In this document: one piece after another, positions 12,043 to 23,953 of the stretch
Numbering within the stretch: the first letter of the stretch is position 1
How the letters are laid out: every line of letters begins with the position of its first letter
Source: Scyliorhinus canicula
Taxonomy: Eukaryota
Assembly (NCBI RefSeq): GCF_902713615.1
Contig: NW_024055427.1
Location: forward strand, 124,001 to 188,000
Direction: 5' to 3'
Length of the DNA stretch: 64,000 nucleotides
Position numbers and translations under genes: made by a program
The notes under the pieces: model-generated
The model's database searches: none
What the model saw: only the letters and a program-made list of their open reading frames with translations
Told to the model about the DNA's origin: nothing

Positions 12043-12115
12043 TGTTTCTGCCCGGTTCCGAACCGGGGACCATTCGCGTGTAAAGCGAATGTGGTAACCA
12101 CTACACCACAGAAAC
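12043..12115 (-). tRNA. tRNA-Val(TAC)
   Basis: Reverse complement gtttctgtggtgtagtggttaccacattcgcttTACacgcgaatggtccccggttcggaaccgggcagaaaca. Confidence 0.8.
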
Positions 12116-13959
12116 AGCTTTGCATGGTCCAGCTTTGCTGAGAGGCCATGTCACTTCTTAAAAGAACATGTCTGTTTCTTTAAAACAGATGTTTAAACTT
12201 ACAAGCCAGAAGAAGAACTTATATTGAACTGAAGAATTTGTTCAGCAAATCTCTAACGGCGAAATGCTCTCTTCTATTATTAATGCAGCATTCTTAAATC
12301 CTACAGAACAAAGCAACCGACTTTACACAATATTTGTTTCGTTATTCAATGCTTGAGTAGAGTTTCAGAATTGACAATTATGTGTTTCTTATATTTGACC
12401 TCTTTGTGTTTTGGTGTGTAACATGCTGCAGCCTAAATACCGTTCATGTAGAAGAAAGGAGGGGTAATTGTAAATCAACTTTGAGCCTGGATTCCCACAC
12501 TGGCTTTTCCTGTTTCTCCATCAGGAACACCGTTTTTTCTTTCTCAAAGTTGGTTCAGTTAAGTCTCTGGCATTTCCTCTAAGCCAGTTACAGTATCGTT
12601 TGTGTCTGTCCTTTTGAGTACCTCCCAACACACACACATGGAAAACCGAGGAGATGGACCATCCGAGCCTCCCTCGAAAACTCAATGGGGGAACAGGACT
12701 TCTACACCCCCCCCCCCCCACCCGCTCCCCACTTCGCCGTTCAAAATGAGCGTAAATATAAAGTTAAAAGTTCTGACTTTGATTGTAAATATAAATGTAC
12801 AAAAGGGAATGTGAGCACAGAACCTGGTTCACAGTGAAAGTGACGACCTGTTTTACAGATGTTTATGACGTTGCTGTTGCTTTGTTTCTTCTTTTGTATT
12901 CTTACCAATGGCTCTGTCTCATGTTGTGCATACATCTTGTTACTAAATGTTAAAAATCCCAATGAAAGTATTTGTGAAAAAGAGTCAATCACATTGCTGT
13001 GGATCTGCAGTCTCCTGTAGAACTGTATTTTTTACAATAACAAACCTGAATGATTTAAATTCCAACACCCGCCATGGTGAGATTCAAACAAGGATTTCTG
13101 ATTTATTTACCCAGTGATAATGCCACGAGGTCACCACCTCCCCACTGAGAGCCTCGAGTTCCAAAATAACAATTTTCACTGAAACATACGCTCATTTTGC
13201 AGAGTCCACCGTCAACATCCCCGAGAATGTGCTGCCCGACTGACAGAACTGACTCAGAGGTGGCGGTAAAGTGGTTTCCTGTCGGGCGTTTGTCGAGTGC
13301 TGCTGGGAAGGGGTAAACTGCTTTGGCAGGAGGGTGGGAACTGATTGGTAAATTCAGATGTGGAATAATCAAGAATGGGCCTGGAAGGTGGAAAATCATT
13401 GGGTGCATCTGGACAACAAAGGAATCCATTGATAGAAAATAAAAAGGAGGATTTGACAGTGGCAATGGGGATATAATTCAATATGGTGAGCACAGTAAAC
13501 AAAATAGGCCAGTTTAGGGCACCGATAAGAGTATGAATTAATAGTTACTGCAGAAACAGATAGAGAGGGACCGAATGGCAGTTCAATATTCCTCCTGTCA
13601 GGGTTTTCAGACAGAGATAGACTGGGTATAAAAAGGGTGGGGTGGCTAAATTGGTTAGATAATCAATTACAGAAATGACAAGGGATGATATGTTGGAAGA
13701 TGACCAATTGACGACACACCGATTGAGTGTAGGGCCAATAAAGGCGCTCTCATGCTACTGGGAGTGCATTACAGACCCTCAAACAGTCAGAAGGAGATCA
13801 AATGGTAAATATTCAGGTAAATCTTTAAAAAGTGTGGAAGCAATGAGGAAACAATCATTTCCGGGATCCATTTGACGCCTTGGATGACGAGACTCGTCGC
13901 ACAAACACCATGTTGTCTCTCCTATACCGAGTGCAGTGAACAGAAAAACATGGTGAGCG

Positions 13960-13974
13960 AGCTCCATCTGGTGG
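13960..13974 (-). promoter_or_regulatory. CTCF-like motif
   Basis: Reverse complement CCACCAGATGGAGCT resembles the CTCF core CCASYAGRKGGCRS. About 850 bp upstream of the V leader at 14824. Confidence 0.45.
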
Positions 13975-14823
13975 CGATCTGAGGTATATGGCGCTTTCCT
14001 GGAAAATTATCGAATTCTCAAATCACTGAAGGATGTTGATGTATAATGACGTAACATTATTTTTGGTTCATATTTTTATTATTGCAATTTATTTCAATGA
14101 TTATAAAGTTATACATGGAGCTAATTCCAGATTTGCTTTAAATCCTGCCGAATACCGTTGTTTAGTGTGATATCTCAGTCACATTGTTTAAGGAAGCTGG
14201 TTTTAAACAATATGAAATCACGGAGATCTCGATGAGATCCTGACTCTAAAATACCAATACATCGAAAATATGTTAATATGGCCATAATTCACACAAATAT
14301 CCTGTATTATTTTGGGATCTAAATGTAACTGATGCCATGTTTATCCTAATCCTGAGCTGTGGATATTATATTTTACCTGTTTCAGCTGCTCCTATTAACT
14401 GAACACTTTGATGAACTCCTTGAAATGAGGAAGTTGGACGAATTGGGTTTTCTACAGTCTGAACTTCAAGGAAAAGGGAAGAAAGAGGCAGAGGAAGTGT
14501 GTGAGAGAGGGTCAGAAACAGAGGAAGGGGAAACAGATATATAGAGACCGAGCGATAGGGCGGGGCAGACCTTGAGACAAAGACAGAGATGGAGGGACAG
14601 AGAAAGACAGGGAGAAGGAGAGAATCAGAAGATATTATTCGTCCAGGACTAACACTGATTGGCACCCAACTGTCATCAGGGTCGACAGACCAGCCAATCA
14701 TGTCGCTGGGAAACGCCCCTCAGTCTCCCAGTCAGTGAAGATTCTCCTGATCTGAATTTCTGCTTTAATACCAGAACATATTTCAAATCGGATTTATTTC
14801 TGTCGAACTCTAATCCAGACACC

Positions 14824-15258
14824 ATGTGTTCCCCATGTTGGTTACTGATAATAATGGCCATGCTTCCCGGTGAGTCGATGTTTAAATGTTCACCATGTGT
14901 TCTGTGTGTTATCTTTACTCCCAGATACTGAGTACATTTTGTGTTTTGTTCCAGGAACAAATGGTGAAGAATCAGTGTCCCAGGATCGATCTGAGATAAC
15001 GGTTCTGGAAGGACAGAGCATTAACCTGGACTGTAGATACTCGACAGCTGTTTTTGACACTCTGTTCTGGTACATTCAGTGTTGCGGGGATCCTCCGAGG
15101 AATGTAATGAAAATATATAGCACGGGCAGTTCAGATAAGTCTCCAGATTTCCCAGCCAGGTTCTCGGCTGTTTTACACAAAGAAAACCAAACGGTTCCTT
15201 TAAATATCGCCGGAGCTGATCTCTCCGACAGTGCCGTATATTTCTGCGCGATGGAGCC
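14824..15258 (+). CDS. TCR alpha/delta-type V gene: leader 14824-14869, intron 14870-14954, V exon 14955-15258; open frame
   Basis: MCSPCWLLIIMAMLP|GTNGEESVSQ...LDC...LFWYIQ...DSAVYFCAMEP. GT/AG phase-1 intron; conserved Cys, Trp and Cys. Confidence 0.9.
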
Positions 15259-15298
15259 CACACTGCTGCAGAGTTATAGCGGGTCCCGTACATGAACT
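15259..15298 (+). other. RSS: CACACTG, 24-nt spacer, ACATGAACT (weak nonamer)
   Basis: Heptamer 15259-15265, nonamer 15290-15298. Confidence 0.7.
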
Positions 15299-15322
15299 CG
15301 CACTGGGAGTTCCAGTTATTTC

Positions 15323-15336
15323 GCAGCAGAGGGCGC
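15323..15336 (+). promoter_or_regulatory. CTCF-like motif 25 bp downstream of RSS
   Basis: GCAGCAGAGGGCGC. Confidence 0.6.
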
Positions 15337-17189
15337 TCTCACAATGGTAGACGGACACAACTACTCAGCCTGTCAGGGTCACAGGCTCATTAATACAACA
15401 TCAAAATCAAACACAACACTCAATACGAACAAGTGAGCAGGAACTGAATACTTATATTCGTTAGTTTATAACTTGCATTTGTACTGAAATGAATTTCACA
15501 AGTTAATTTATGGTTCGTTAACTCACATTTAGTCTGTTTATGATCTTTCCATTTCTGTCTGAATTATTGTGTGAACCTTTCTCCATCTCAGTTCTCCCCT
15601 TCTAGGACCCTTTGATCAAAGTCGATACACAGAGTCTGGATGACTGGTGTATTTTATTGGTTCACAGACATTTGTAGAAAATTAGCACATTTCATGAGGC
15701 AGTGGTTGCAGACTTTATAACAAACGCCAAGGTCAGAGTCCCTCGAATATTAATTCTCCTTTCGAGTGTCTGTTTATTGTTTTTCTGACACAATTCACAA
15801 ACATGTGTTCCCGTCCTACAATAACCAGACCAGTAAACCCATCCCTAACCCCGTCTGGAAATATGCAGCGATTCTTCTTATAAGGTACTGATTGTATCCC
15901 AGCTCGGATTGTTCCCATTCACTGACGGGCAGTTCCCCACCTACAGGTCTTAAACCATCATTGGAGACGCAAGAAAGTGAAGTGAGAAAATGCTGAGAAA
16001 GACAACCGATTCTTGATGGTGCGGAATAGAAGGTGTTGCTTCGAATTTCAACCGTTACAAATCAGACGGCGACAATGCGGCCATCTGGGTTGTATGGGGC
16101 TGGTGCAGGCGGGGCATTTCGGAAAGTAATTGTGGAACAAACACATTTCATCGCATTTGAAATCATGGTTTCAATCGGAATTTTAAACATATGATTATTT
16201 CCTGTTTCAGCATGTATTTCTGATCTGAGTGATGTGAATTCTGTTTCTCGGCTACTGCCGCCTGATGTTAAGACAGAAGATGTAGTTGCTTTTAGTTTAA
16301 CCTTTGACGCTGCCTTCTTGAACCGCTGCAGTCCGTGTGGTGTTCAGGAGAAAGTTTCAGTCTTTCACTTGTGCTATGTTACTCATGTCAGCAGACAAGC
16401 AGTGAGGCAAAAAACAAAACAGCAACAGCACCGCTCAGGCAGCCAAACCTCCCTCCATCTCTGGATAGAGAAAGTGGCTCTGAATAGTTACTCAGGAGCA
16501 GGACACAGACTGAGTTCATGGTGGACAACAGTCCCGTATTTTGCACTGTGTCTAAGAGCTCCTGTCTGTTGGAGTTTCGACAGAATCTCGGGCAGATGCA
16601 GACATGATGTGGAGCCATCGAGCAGCGGCGATGTCAGCCACAGAAACCCACACCGGGCGGGGGAGGGGACCACATTAACCTCGAATGAAACTAACCCACC
16701 TGTTACCAGCAGCGGCAGTAAAAATAAACTGCAGAATCCGATCCGACCGACAGATCCGTCAGCAAACGAGTCTCCAGGGTAACCCAGCCTTGCTATTTCT
16801 GATCAGCTGTTAATTCTCTAAAACTCAGGGCTGGCTGTTCAGATCAGCTCCGGGAAAGATATTTTTGACTCTTCAACCAGTCCCACTAACGTCACTCGGT
16901 TTACAGACTTACGTCACTAAATCTGCAGGGAAACATCACACGTGTCCTCAGTCTGACTCCACATAGGCGGTGCTCTGCGCATGCGAATTCTTCGACCCAC
17001 ACCCCATCCAATGCTGAATCTCCTTCACAGCTTCACTTTGTGATCTCAAGCCCCTAAGACCCGGCTCGGGCGGGCACGGTGCAGTTGGTGTTAGACTCAG
17101 TTTGATGGACAACAGCGCTGCCTCCGCGGTATTGTCTCTGGTCCTGAACACTACCGAGAGCTACTGAACACAGATCGATAGGATCCAAC

Positions 17190-17695
17190 ATGAAGCTGAG
17201 CTTCACTTTAGTGATTATCTCCCTGAATTTCTTACTCTTCTCTCCGTGTGAGTGTAACCACTATATCTGGCAGGAATATGTCACACATCAGACATGTCAT
17301 GTTATAGGGACGTACAGTTTCCTTTATTGTATATATTGTTATGTCATGTTGTAGTTGATTGTGCTATATCATATTCTCGCCGTCTGTGTGATATTAAATT
17401 ATTCATGTTATTTTACATCTCAGATGCTGCTGGAAGTGAAGAGGTATCACAGTCTCCAGAGTCAATGGTGGTTCCCGAGGGAGACATTTCATCCTTGGCC
17501 TGTTCCACCACAGTAGCAGGAGTGATCCTACAATGGTACAGACAATACCCCGATGGAACCATGCAGCACCTGGCGATCGGCACCAGCGATCAGGGCAGGA
17601 TCACAGCTCGGTTCAGTTCAGCAGAGAAACACAGCTCTCTGAATGTTAGTGACGTTCGAGTGACAGACACCGCCACCTATCTCTGTGCAGTGAGG
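17190..17695 (+). CDS. TCR alpha-type V gene: leader 17190-17247, intron 17248-17423, V exon 17424-17695; open frame
   Basis: MKLSFTLVIISLNFLLFSP|YAAGSEEVSQSP...LAC...LQWYRQ...DTATYLCAVR. GTGAGT donor and CAG acceptor; CRE-like ttacgtca motifs at about 16889-16916. Confidence 0.92.
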
Positions 17696-17734
17696 CACAG
17701 TGAACTGAAAACCATTCAGCGCCGTACAAAAACC
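17696..17734 (+). other. Consensus 23-RSS
   Basis: CACAGTG, 23 nt, ACAAAAACC. Confidence 0.95.
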
Positions 17735-17858
17735 TGCCGGGTCATTCTGAAAGTGTGTAGCCTGTGCAGTTATCCGAGAGCAGGCATTTTAGTAACACTT
17801 CCATGGATATGCTGCAATGAGTGAGGTACGTTCGTGACTGGCGTTTACTCTTTCATAT

Positions 17859-18207
17859 GGGGGCAGCAGGGTAGCATGGTGGTTAGCATAAATGCTTCAC
17901 AGCTCCAGGGTCCCAGGTTCGATTCCCGGCTGGGTCACTGTCTGTGTGGAGTCTGCACGTCCTCCCCCTGTGTGCGTGGGTTTCCTCCGGGTGCTCCGGT
18001 TTCCTCCCACAGTCCAGGGATGTGCGGGTTAGGTGGATTGGCCATGCTAAATTGCCCGTAGTGTCCTAATAAAAGTAAGGTTGGGGGGGGGGGGGTTGTT
18101 GGGTTACGGGTATAGGGTGGATACGTGGGTTTGAGTAGGGTGATCATGGCTCGGCACAACATTGAGGGCCGAAGGGCCTGTTCTGTGCTGTACTGTTCTA
18201 TTCTATT
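17859..18207 (+). mobile_element. SINE family 1
   Basis: Near-identical to 5354-5706. Confidence 0.85.
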
Positions 18208-18308
18208 ATATCAGAAAAGAAGGGTCAGAATCCATTTAAATTCATTTTATTTCTTTAGAAGTCACAACCAGAGAGCACGGGTCCCATGGTGCATAATCCA
18301 GTACTTAG

Positions 18309-18342
18309 TATGCAAGAGCCCCGCCAGTATTATTAGAAACAT
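18309..18342 (-). pseudogene. Orphan TCR V leader (MFLIILAGLLH) with mutated donor (CT)
   Basis: Paralog of leader 37303-37336. Upstream decamer AGTGATGTCA (18465-18474) and CTCF-like CCAGCAGAGGGCGC (18531-18544), both on minus. Confidence 0.65.
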
Positions 18343-18799
18343 GTCTGACTGAACCTCTCAGTGATTGGGAATGGAATGAGTTAGAGATTGAGAGGAGCGA
18401 GGGAACCCAGGCTCTGTTCAGCTCAATGTCCCACCCAGACACAGCACGGGAGCCAGGCCCATTGTGACATCACTGAATATACGTCTGGCTTTGGTCTCAT
18501 GTGACTTTCTAACTATCATGCTTGGACTTTGCGCCCTCTGCTGGTGGATTCTGTTCAATCCGGTTCACAATGGGGGTTTCTGAATGGATTTAAGGTTTAT
18601 TGATTTGTATGTGAAAATATCGATGTCAGGGATGAGACGTGACTATCCAAATCTGGATTCTTCTCATTACTTCTTTCTCTGGCGCTATCTGTCGGGGGGC
18701 AGGTCCAATCCATTGCAACGTCACGGGGAGACAGGTCGCAACCACGCCAGAGCTGGAATAGGAATTCGGACCGTTTCGGCTTTCCAATCTCCTGAGCTA

Positions 18800-19640
18800 T
18801 ACCCAACCGTCGTTCGCACACAGCATGAAAATCGTCGGTCTGCTAAATAGCGAGGAGGAATGGTAGAGATTGCAGGATGATATTGACGGAAGGGCCAGAT
18901 GGACAAAACAGTGGCAAACGGAATTTAACACTGATGCATTTTGGGAGGACGAACTTTGCAAGAAAACACACAATGAATGGCAGGACGCCAAGAAGTACAG
19001 GACCTTGGTGTTCATGCCCACAGATCCCCGCAGGCAACAGGGCAAGTAGATAAGTTGGTGAAGAAGACATACAGGATACTTGCCTTTATTAGCTGAGACA
19101 TGGAATATAAGAGCAGGGAGGTTATTATGGAGCCGTATAAAATGCTGGTTAGTCCTCAGCTGGAGTATTTTGTGCACATCCGGTCGCCACCTTACGGAAA
19201 GGATGTGATTATACCAGAAAGGGTGCCGAGGAGATTAATCAGGAGGTTTTCTGGGCAGGAATGTTTCAGCTCTGAGGAGAGGCTAGATAGCTGGGATATT
19301 GTCCTTAAAGCAGAGAATACTGAGGAGGACCAAATCGAGGGGTTAAAAAAAACCTTTCCATCAGCAGAAGGGTCAACAACGAAGGGGCATAGATTTAAGG
19401 TATGAAGCAGAAGGTTTAGAGGGAATTTGAGCGCGGTGAGAACCTGGAACTCATTGCCCATAAGGCTAGTCCAGGCGGAAACTCTCACAACAATAAAGAA
19501 GCGTTTAGATGAGGATTTGAAACGCCATTGTATGCAAGGCTCCTGGTCAAGTGTCAGAAATTGGTTTAGACTAGATCGGTACTTGATGGCCGGGGCAAAC
19601 ACGATGTGTCAAAGGGCCTCTTCTTTTCCGTAAAGCTCTA
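18800..19640 (+). mobile_element. Degenerate CR1 LINE 3' fragment
   Basis: ORF 19100..19405 (EYKSREV...LVSPQLEY..., TKGHRFKV) resembles the CR1 ORF2 C-terminus. Confidence 0.7.
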
Positions 19641-19914
19641 CGACTAAGGAGCCAGAGGCACGGAAGCTGCCGATGACGCCACAATGCCACCTCTCCTTAG
19701 GTCAAAGAAAGTAAAGGAGAGACTGTACTGAGTTGCTGAAATGTGAGTGGATCTGTCAATGAAGATGAAACGGAGCTGTTTCAAGCAGATCCTTGGATAG
19801 TACAAAGATCGGGGAGAAATAAAGCCCAGGAAAGTTCCATTCATTATGTATACTGCGATTTGCTGAACTACAGAAGAGGTGTCTAAAAAAAGGAAGAAAA
19901 TTCAACAATAACTT

Positions 19915-20880
19915 TGTTGCACGTTTTGCTATGGGCGCAGAACGCGTTTATTGGGGTGTATTAACTTGCCTATGTTAAAGGCCGTGTGCTTAACACCACT
20001 AGGCTCTGTCTTATGTATTTTTCAGCTCAGGAGTCGCCAGTTGCCATATAGACAACTCACATATATTCCAAGGTCAGGTTCAAAGTAATAAAACGATACA
20101 CCGATTAGTAAGTTCCAAACGATCAATATTTATTATACAATTATAATAAATACGCATGCACACACTAAGGGACTAAGCTATGACTAAACTAAGCAAACAG
20201 AATACTTAACTACACAGGAACAGGCAAGGTCAGGGAGCGAGGCCTTCGTCCCGGTCTTGGGCTGCAACCTTCAGAAAGCGTGCTGGTCACTGGGGGTTTA
20301 GCGGGCTTGTTTCGCGTAGCGAGCGTCGTATTGGCACTTACGGTTCGGCGGCTGGTGCTCAACGGCTGGAGTCAGGATACGAGTTGGAGGTCTTGGTCAA
20401 AGCCGGAGCACGAAACAACAGACAGGACCATGTGTGGGGGTCTATATTTATAGGGGTCCCCAATGTCCTTCCCTCTTCCTGGGCGGGCTTTACCTTTAGG
20501 TATCGATTGGATCGCTTCCAATCGATATCTTTTGAATTCCTCCAATGTAAGGGTCTTTCTCGACGGTGGGGGCGGTTTCTATAGTGGATACTTCTGGTGC
20601 CGCGCTGTCTGGACATCCACTTAAAGTATCTTATTCAAACCCAAATGTTGCCATTGTGTGTGCCTAGATCTGGACTGCCTCATTAGTATGTAGAACGTTC
20701 TGCCATTATCACCTTTGGTTGGAGATCTTCCACCTGGCCAGAAACTGGTTTTGCTGCTTGCAAAATGCTAATGAGTGTTTGCAGGCTGTTTGCCTTGGCT
20801 AAACTGTTTTTCCCTACAGTCTTAGCGATTCTCCATTTTGTTTGGTTCAGTGTCCATTTTAGGTGGCTACAGTGGCTACA
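19915..20880 (-). repeat. 3' LTR
   Basis: Identical to 31071-32036 except two substitutions found by eye (20564/31720 and 20604/31760). Minus-strand TATA (tataaata) near 20445 and AATAAA near 20130. Confidence 0.95.
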
Positions 20881-21251
20881 TTCCCTCCTTGTGATCCTCA
20901 CAATCAAAATATTGTGAAGGATCACCTATGTACGTTGCCTTGAGTGCATCTGGGTTGCCTTCTTTGTGTTCCCTGACCTCGGCAAGCTCCTGAGCGTCTA
21001 CTCTGTCCTTAAACTATGGGAAGAAATTTTTTTTAACTGACATCTCTACTTGGCGCTATGTCAAAGGGGACATGCATTACCACAAACGGGAACCTCTACC
21101 TATCACAATTATCCTTATCTTAACTTAAACATTTCATTACAGACTAAACCTCATCCATTCATACCACATCACATAACATTTCATGACTCGGCAGTCGAGT
21201 TCAGGACAATATAATACATGGGTATAATTTTTTTATTCATTACACAGTGCT

Positions 21252-21596
21252 TTATTCATCATGGGGCAAAGGGGATTGATGAAATCGAAAAATAGGAGAT
21301 CGAACTCCATAGACGGTTGAGGGGCAGGAACGGGAGGCTCTCCTCTTCCACTTCCTCAACCTGAGGGTCTGTACAAGTATGGCGAGGATCGCAATCACTA
21401 GCAGTGATTCAATCACGTATGACATGGAGTACCATGTCATAAATTTTGTGCACCAGGTCTGAACCTCACTGATCAGAGCTGAGCACGGGGGAGTTGCTGT
21501 AAGTGAAACATTTACGATGGGGGTTGTGGGGGAAACGTGTCTTGCTTCCACACATACGAACATAACATTTAAAAGCAATAAGTGGGCTTCCATCAT
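21252..21596 (-). CDS. 114-aa predicted type-I membrane protein in the env position of the LTR element
   Basis: Hydrophobic N-terminus (MMEAHLLLLNVMFVCVEA), NVS sequon, TM-like YVIESLLVIAILAILVQTL, basic cluster RLRKWKRR. Function unknown. Confidence 0.6.
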   Translation of the reverse strand: MMEAHLLLLNVMFVCVEARHVSPTTPIVNVSLTATPPCSALISEVQTWCTKFMTWYSMSYVIESLLVIAILAILVQTLRLRKWKRRASRSCPSTVYGVRSPIFRFHQSPLPHDE

Positions 21597-21772
21597 CTTC
21601 TCTTTGTTTTCCTTCTTTTCTTCCTCCTGTATGGCCGATCCTTGCTGTGGTCCCTGTTTCGTCCTTCGAAAGCTATGGGATCAAGCACAGTATCTGTCAA
21701 TACAGCTTAATATCCGTACTTGTTAGTGTATCTGTCTTTCAATTCCAATTGACCCATTAAAAATGACTGGCC

Positions 21773-23953
21773 TACAACGCTCCCATGGCGAGTGTACAGA
21801 CCAACAATACCAACTCCCAATACTTCCAGCTGCACAGGGGCACCAGACAAGGATGCCCACTGTCCCCGCTGCTGTTCGCACTAGCAATCGAACCGCTAGC
21901 AATCGCGCTCAGGGCAGCAAAAAATTGGAGGGGGATCCGAAGGGGAGGTAGAGAGCACAGAGTCTCACTCTATGCGGATGATCTGCTCCTCTATATCTCG
22001 GACCCACAAAGCAGCATGGACGGAATCATCACGCTCCTGAAAGAGTTTGGAGCCTTCTCGGGCTACAAACTCAACATGAGCAAAAGTGAGATCTTCCCAT
22101 TACACCCGCAAGGGGGGGGGGGGGCAGCACTAAAGGGGCTGCCGTTCAAACAAGCCCGACATAAATTCCGCTACCTGGGGATCCAAATAGCCCATGACTG
22201 GAAAGGGATCCACAAATGGAACCTCACCAGCCTGACGGAGGAAGTTAAAAAGGACCTGCAAAGATGGAACACACTCCCGCTCTCCCTCGCGGGGAGAGTT
22301 CAGACGATCAAAATGAACGTACTGCCCAGGTTCCTCTTCCTGTTTAGATCCATTCCGATCTACATCCCCAAGGCCTTTTTCAAAGCGCTGGACAAACTCA
22401 TCATGGCGTTCATATGGGGGGGGGGTAAAAATGCTAGGATCCCAAAGAAGGTCTTACAAAAAACAAAAACCAGGGGAGGGTTAGCCCTCCCGAATCTACA
22501 ACTCTACCACTGGGCAGCAACAGCCGAGCGAGTAAGGGGATGGATCCAGGAGCCAGAAGCTGAGTGGGTGCGTGCGGAGGAGGCCTCCTGCATGGGAACC
22601 TCCCTCCGGGCCCTCGCCACGGCAGCACTCCCATCCCCACCCAAAAAACACTCCAGCAGCCCAGTGGTGACAGCCACCCTCCAATCCTGGAACCAACTGC
22701 GGCAGCAACTTGGCCTGACCAAAATGTCGAACAGGGCTCCCATCTGCAACAACCATAGGTTCAAACCAGCACTGACCGACGCCACCTTCAAAAGGTGGAG
22801 GCAGGACGGGGGGACACTGACAGTCAGGGACCTATACACGGACGACAGGATCGCAACACTGGACGAACTGACAGAGAAATTTCAGCTAGCTGGGGGGAAC
22901 GAGCTACGGTACCTGCAGCTCAAAAACTTCCTACGAAAAGAGACAAGGACGTACCCACAACCGCCACGACAGACACTACTGGAAGACCTACTGGACGCAA
23001 GTATCCTAGAGAAAGGGAACTGTAGTGACATGTATGACCGACTGGTAGATAGGGACGACACCGTACTGGACGCAACAAGGAGGAAATGGGAGGACGACCT
23101 GGGGATGGAGATCGGGTGGGGACTCTGGAGCGAAGCACTGCATAGGGTCAACTCCACCTCCACGTGCGCAAGGCTCAGCCTGACGCAACTAAAAGTGGTA
23201 CATAGAGCCCACTTAACAAGAACCCGTATGAGTAGGTTCTTCCCGGAGGTGGAAGACAGATGTGAACGGTGCCAAAGAGGCCCGGCCAACCACGCCCACA
23301 TGTTCTGGTCCTGCCCCAGACTCGTGGAGTACTGGACAGCCTTCTTCGAGGTAATGTCCAAAGTGGTGGGAGTGAGGGTGGAGCCATGCCCGATAGTGGC
23401 GGTCTTCGGGGTTTCAGAACAGCCAGATCTATTCCTGGGGAGGAGGGCGGATGCCCTTGCCTTTGCCTCCCTGATCGCCCGCCGTAGAATCCTGTTTGGC
23501 TGGCGGTCAGCAGCACCGCCCAGAGCTGCGGACTGGCTGTCCGACCTCTCGGAATCTCTCCAAATGGAGAAAATCAAATTTGCCATCCGAGGGTCGGACG
23601 ACGGCTTCCACAGAACGTGGGAGCCATTCATGCAACTGTTCCGGGACCTCTTTGTGGCCAATGTACAAGAGGAAGAATAGTCGGGGGAAGGTAGCGGGGG
23701 GGGGGGGGGGGGGGGGGGGGGCTACAGGTTCGTTACGGGGGTTCGATGGCTAGCTAAGGCCCAAAACCAAGCTAAATAAACATGTTGAGGGGGGCAGGGG
23801 GCGCAGTTACTACTACGAAGATGCTTACCTGTAAATATGTATGTTAATTTTTGCGTGTTTGTTTTTGTTTGTTTTTTTTTTCTCTCTCCTAACAATTTGT
23901 AATTTGTTCAATATAAAATACGACAACTGAATAAAAACATTTATAAAAAAAAA
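21773..23953 (+). mobile_element. 5'-truncated L1-clade LINE nested in the LTR element; open ORF2 fragment 21785..23680
   Basis: RGTRQGCPLSPLLF, LYADD, C-terminal CERC...HMFWSC, poly(A) tail. TSD aaaaatgactggcc (21759-21772 and 23954-23967) at a TT/AAAA site. Confidence 0.92.

Noticed and set aside
16234-16782. 182-aa plus-strand ORF
   Set aside because: Starts at GTG, has no domain signature, and its composition looks non-coding.
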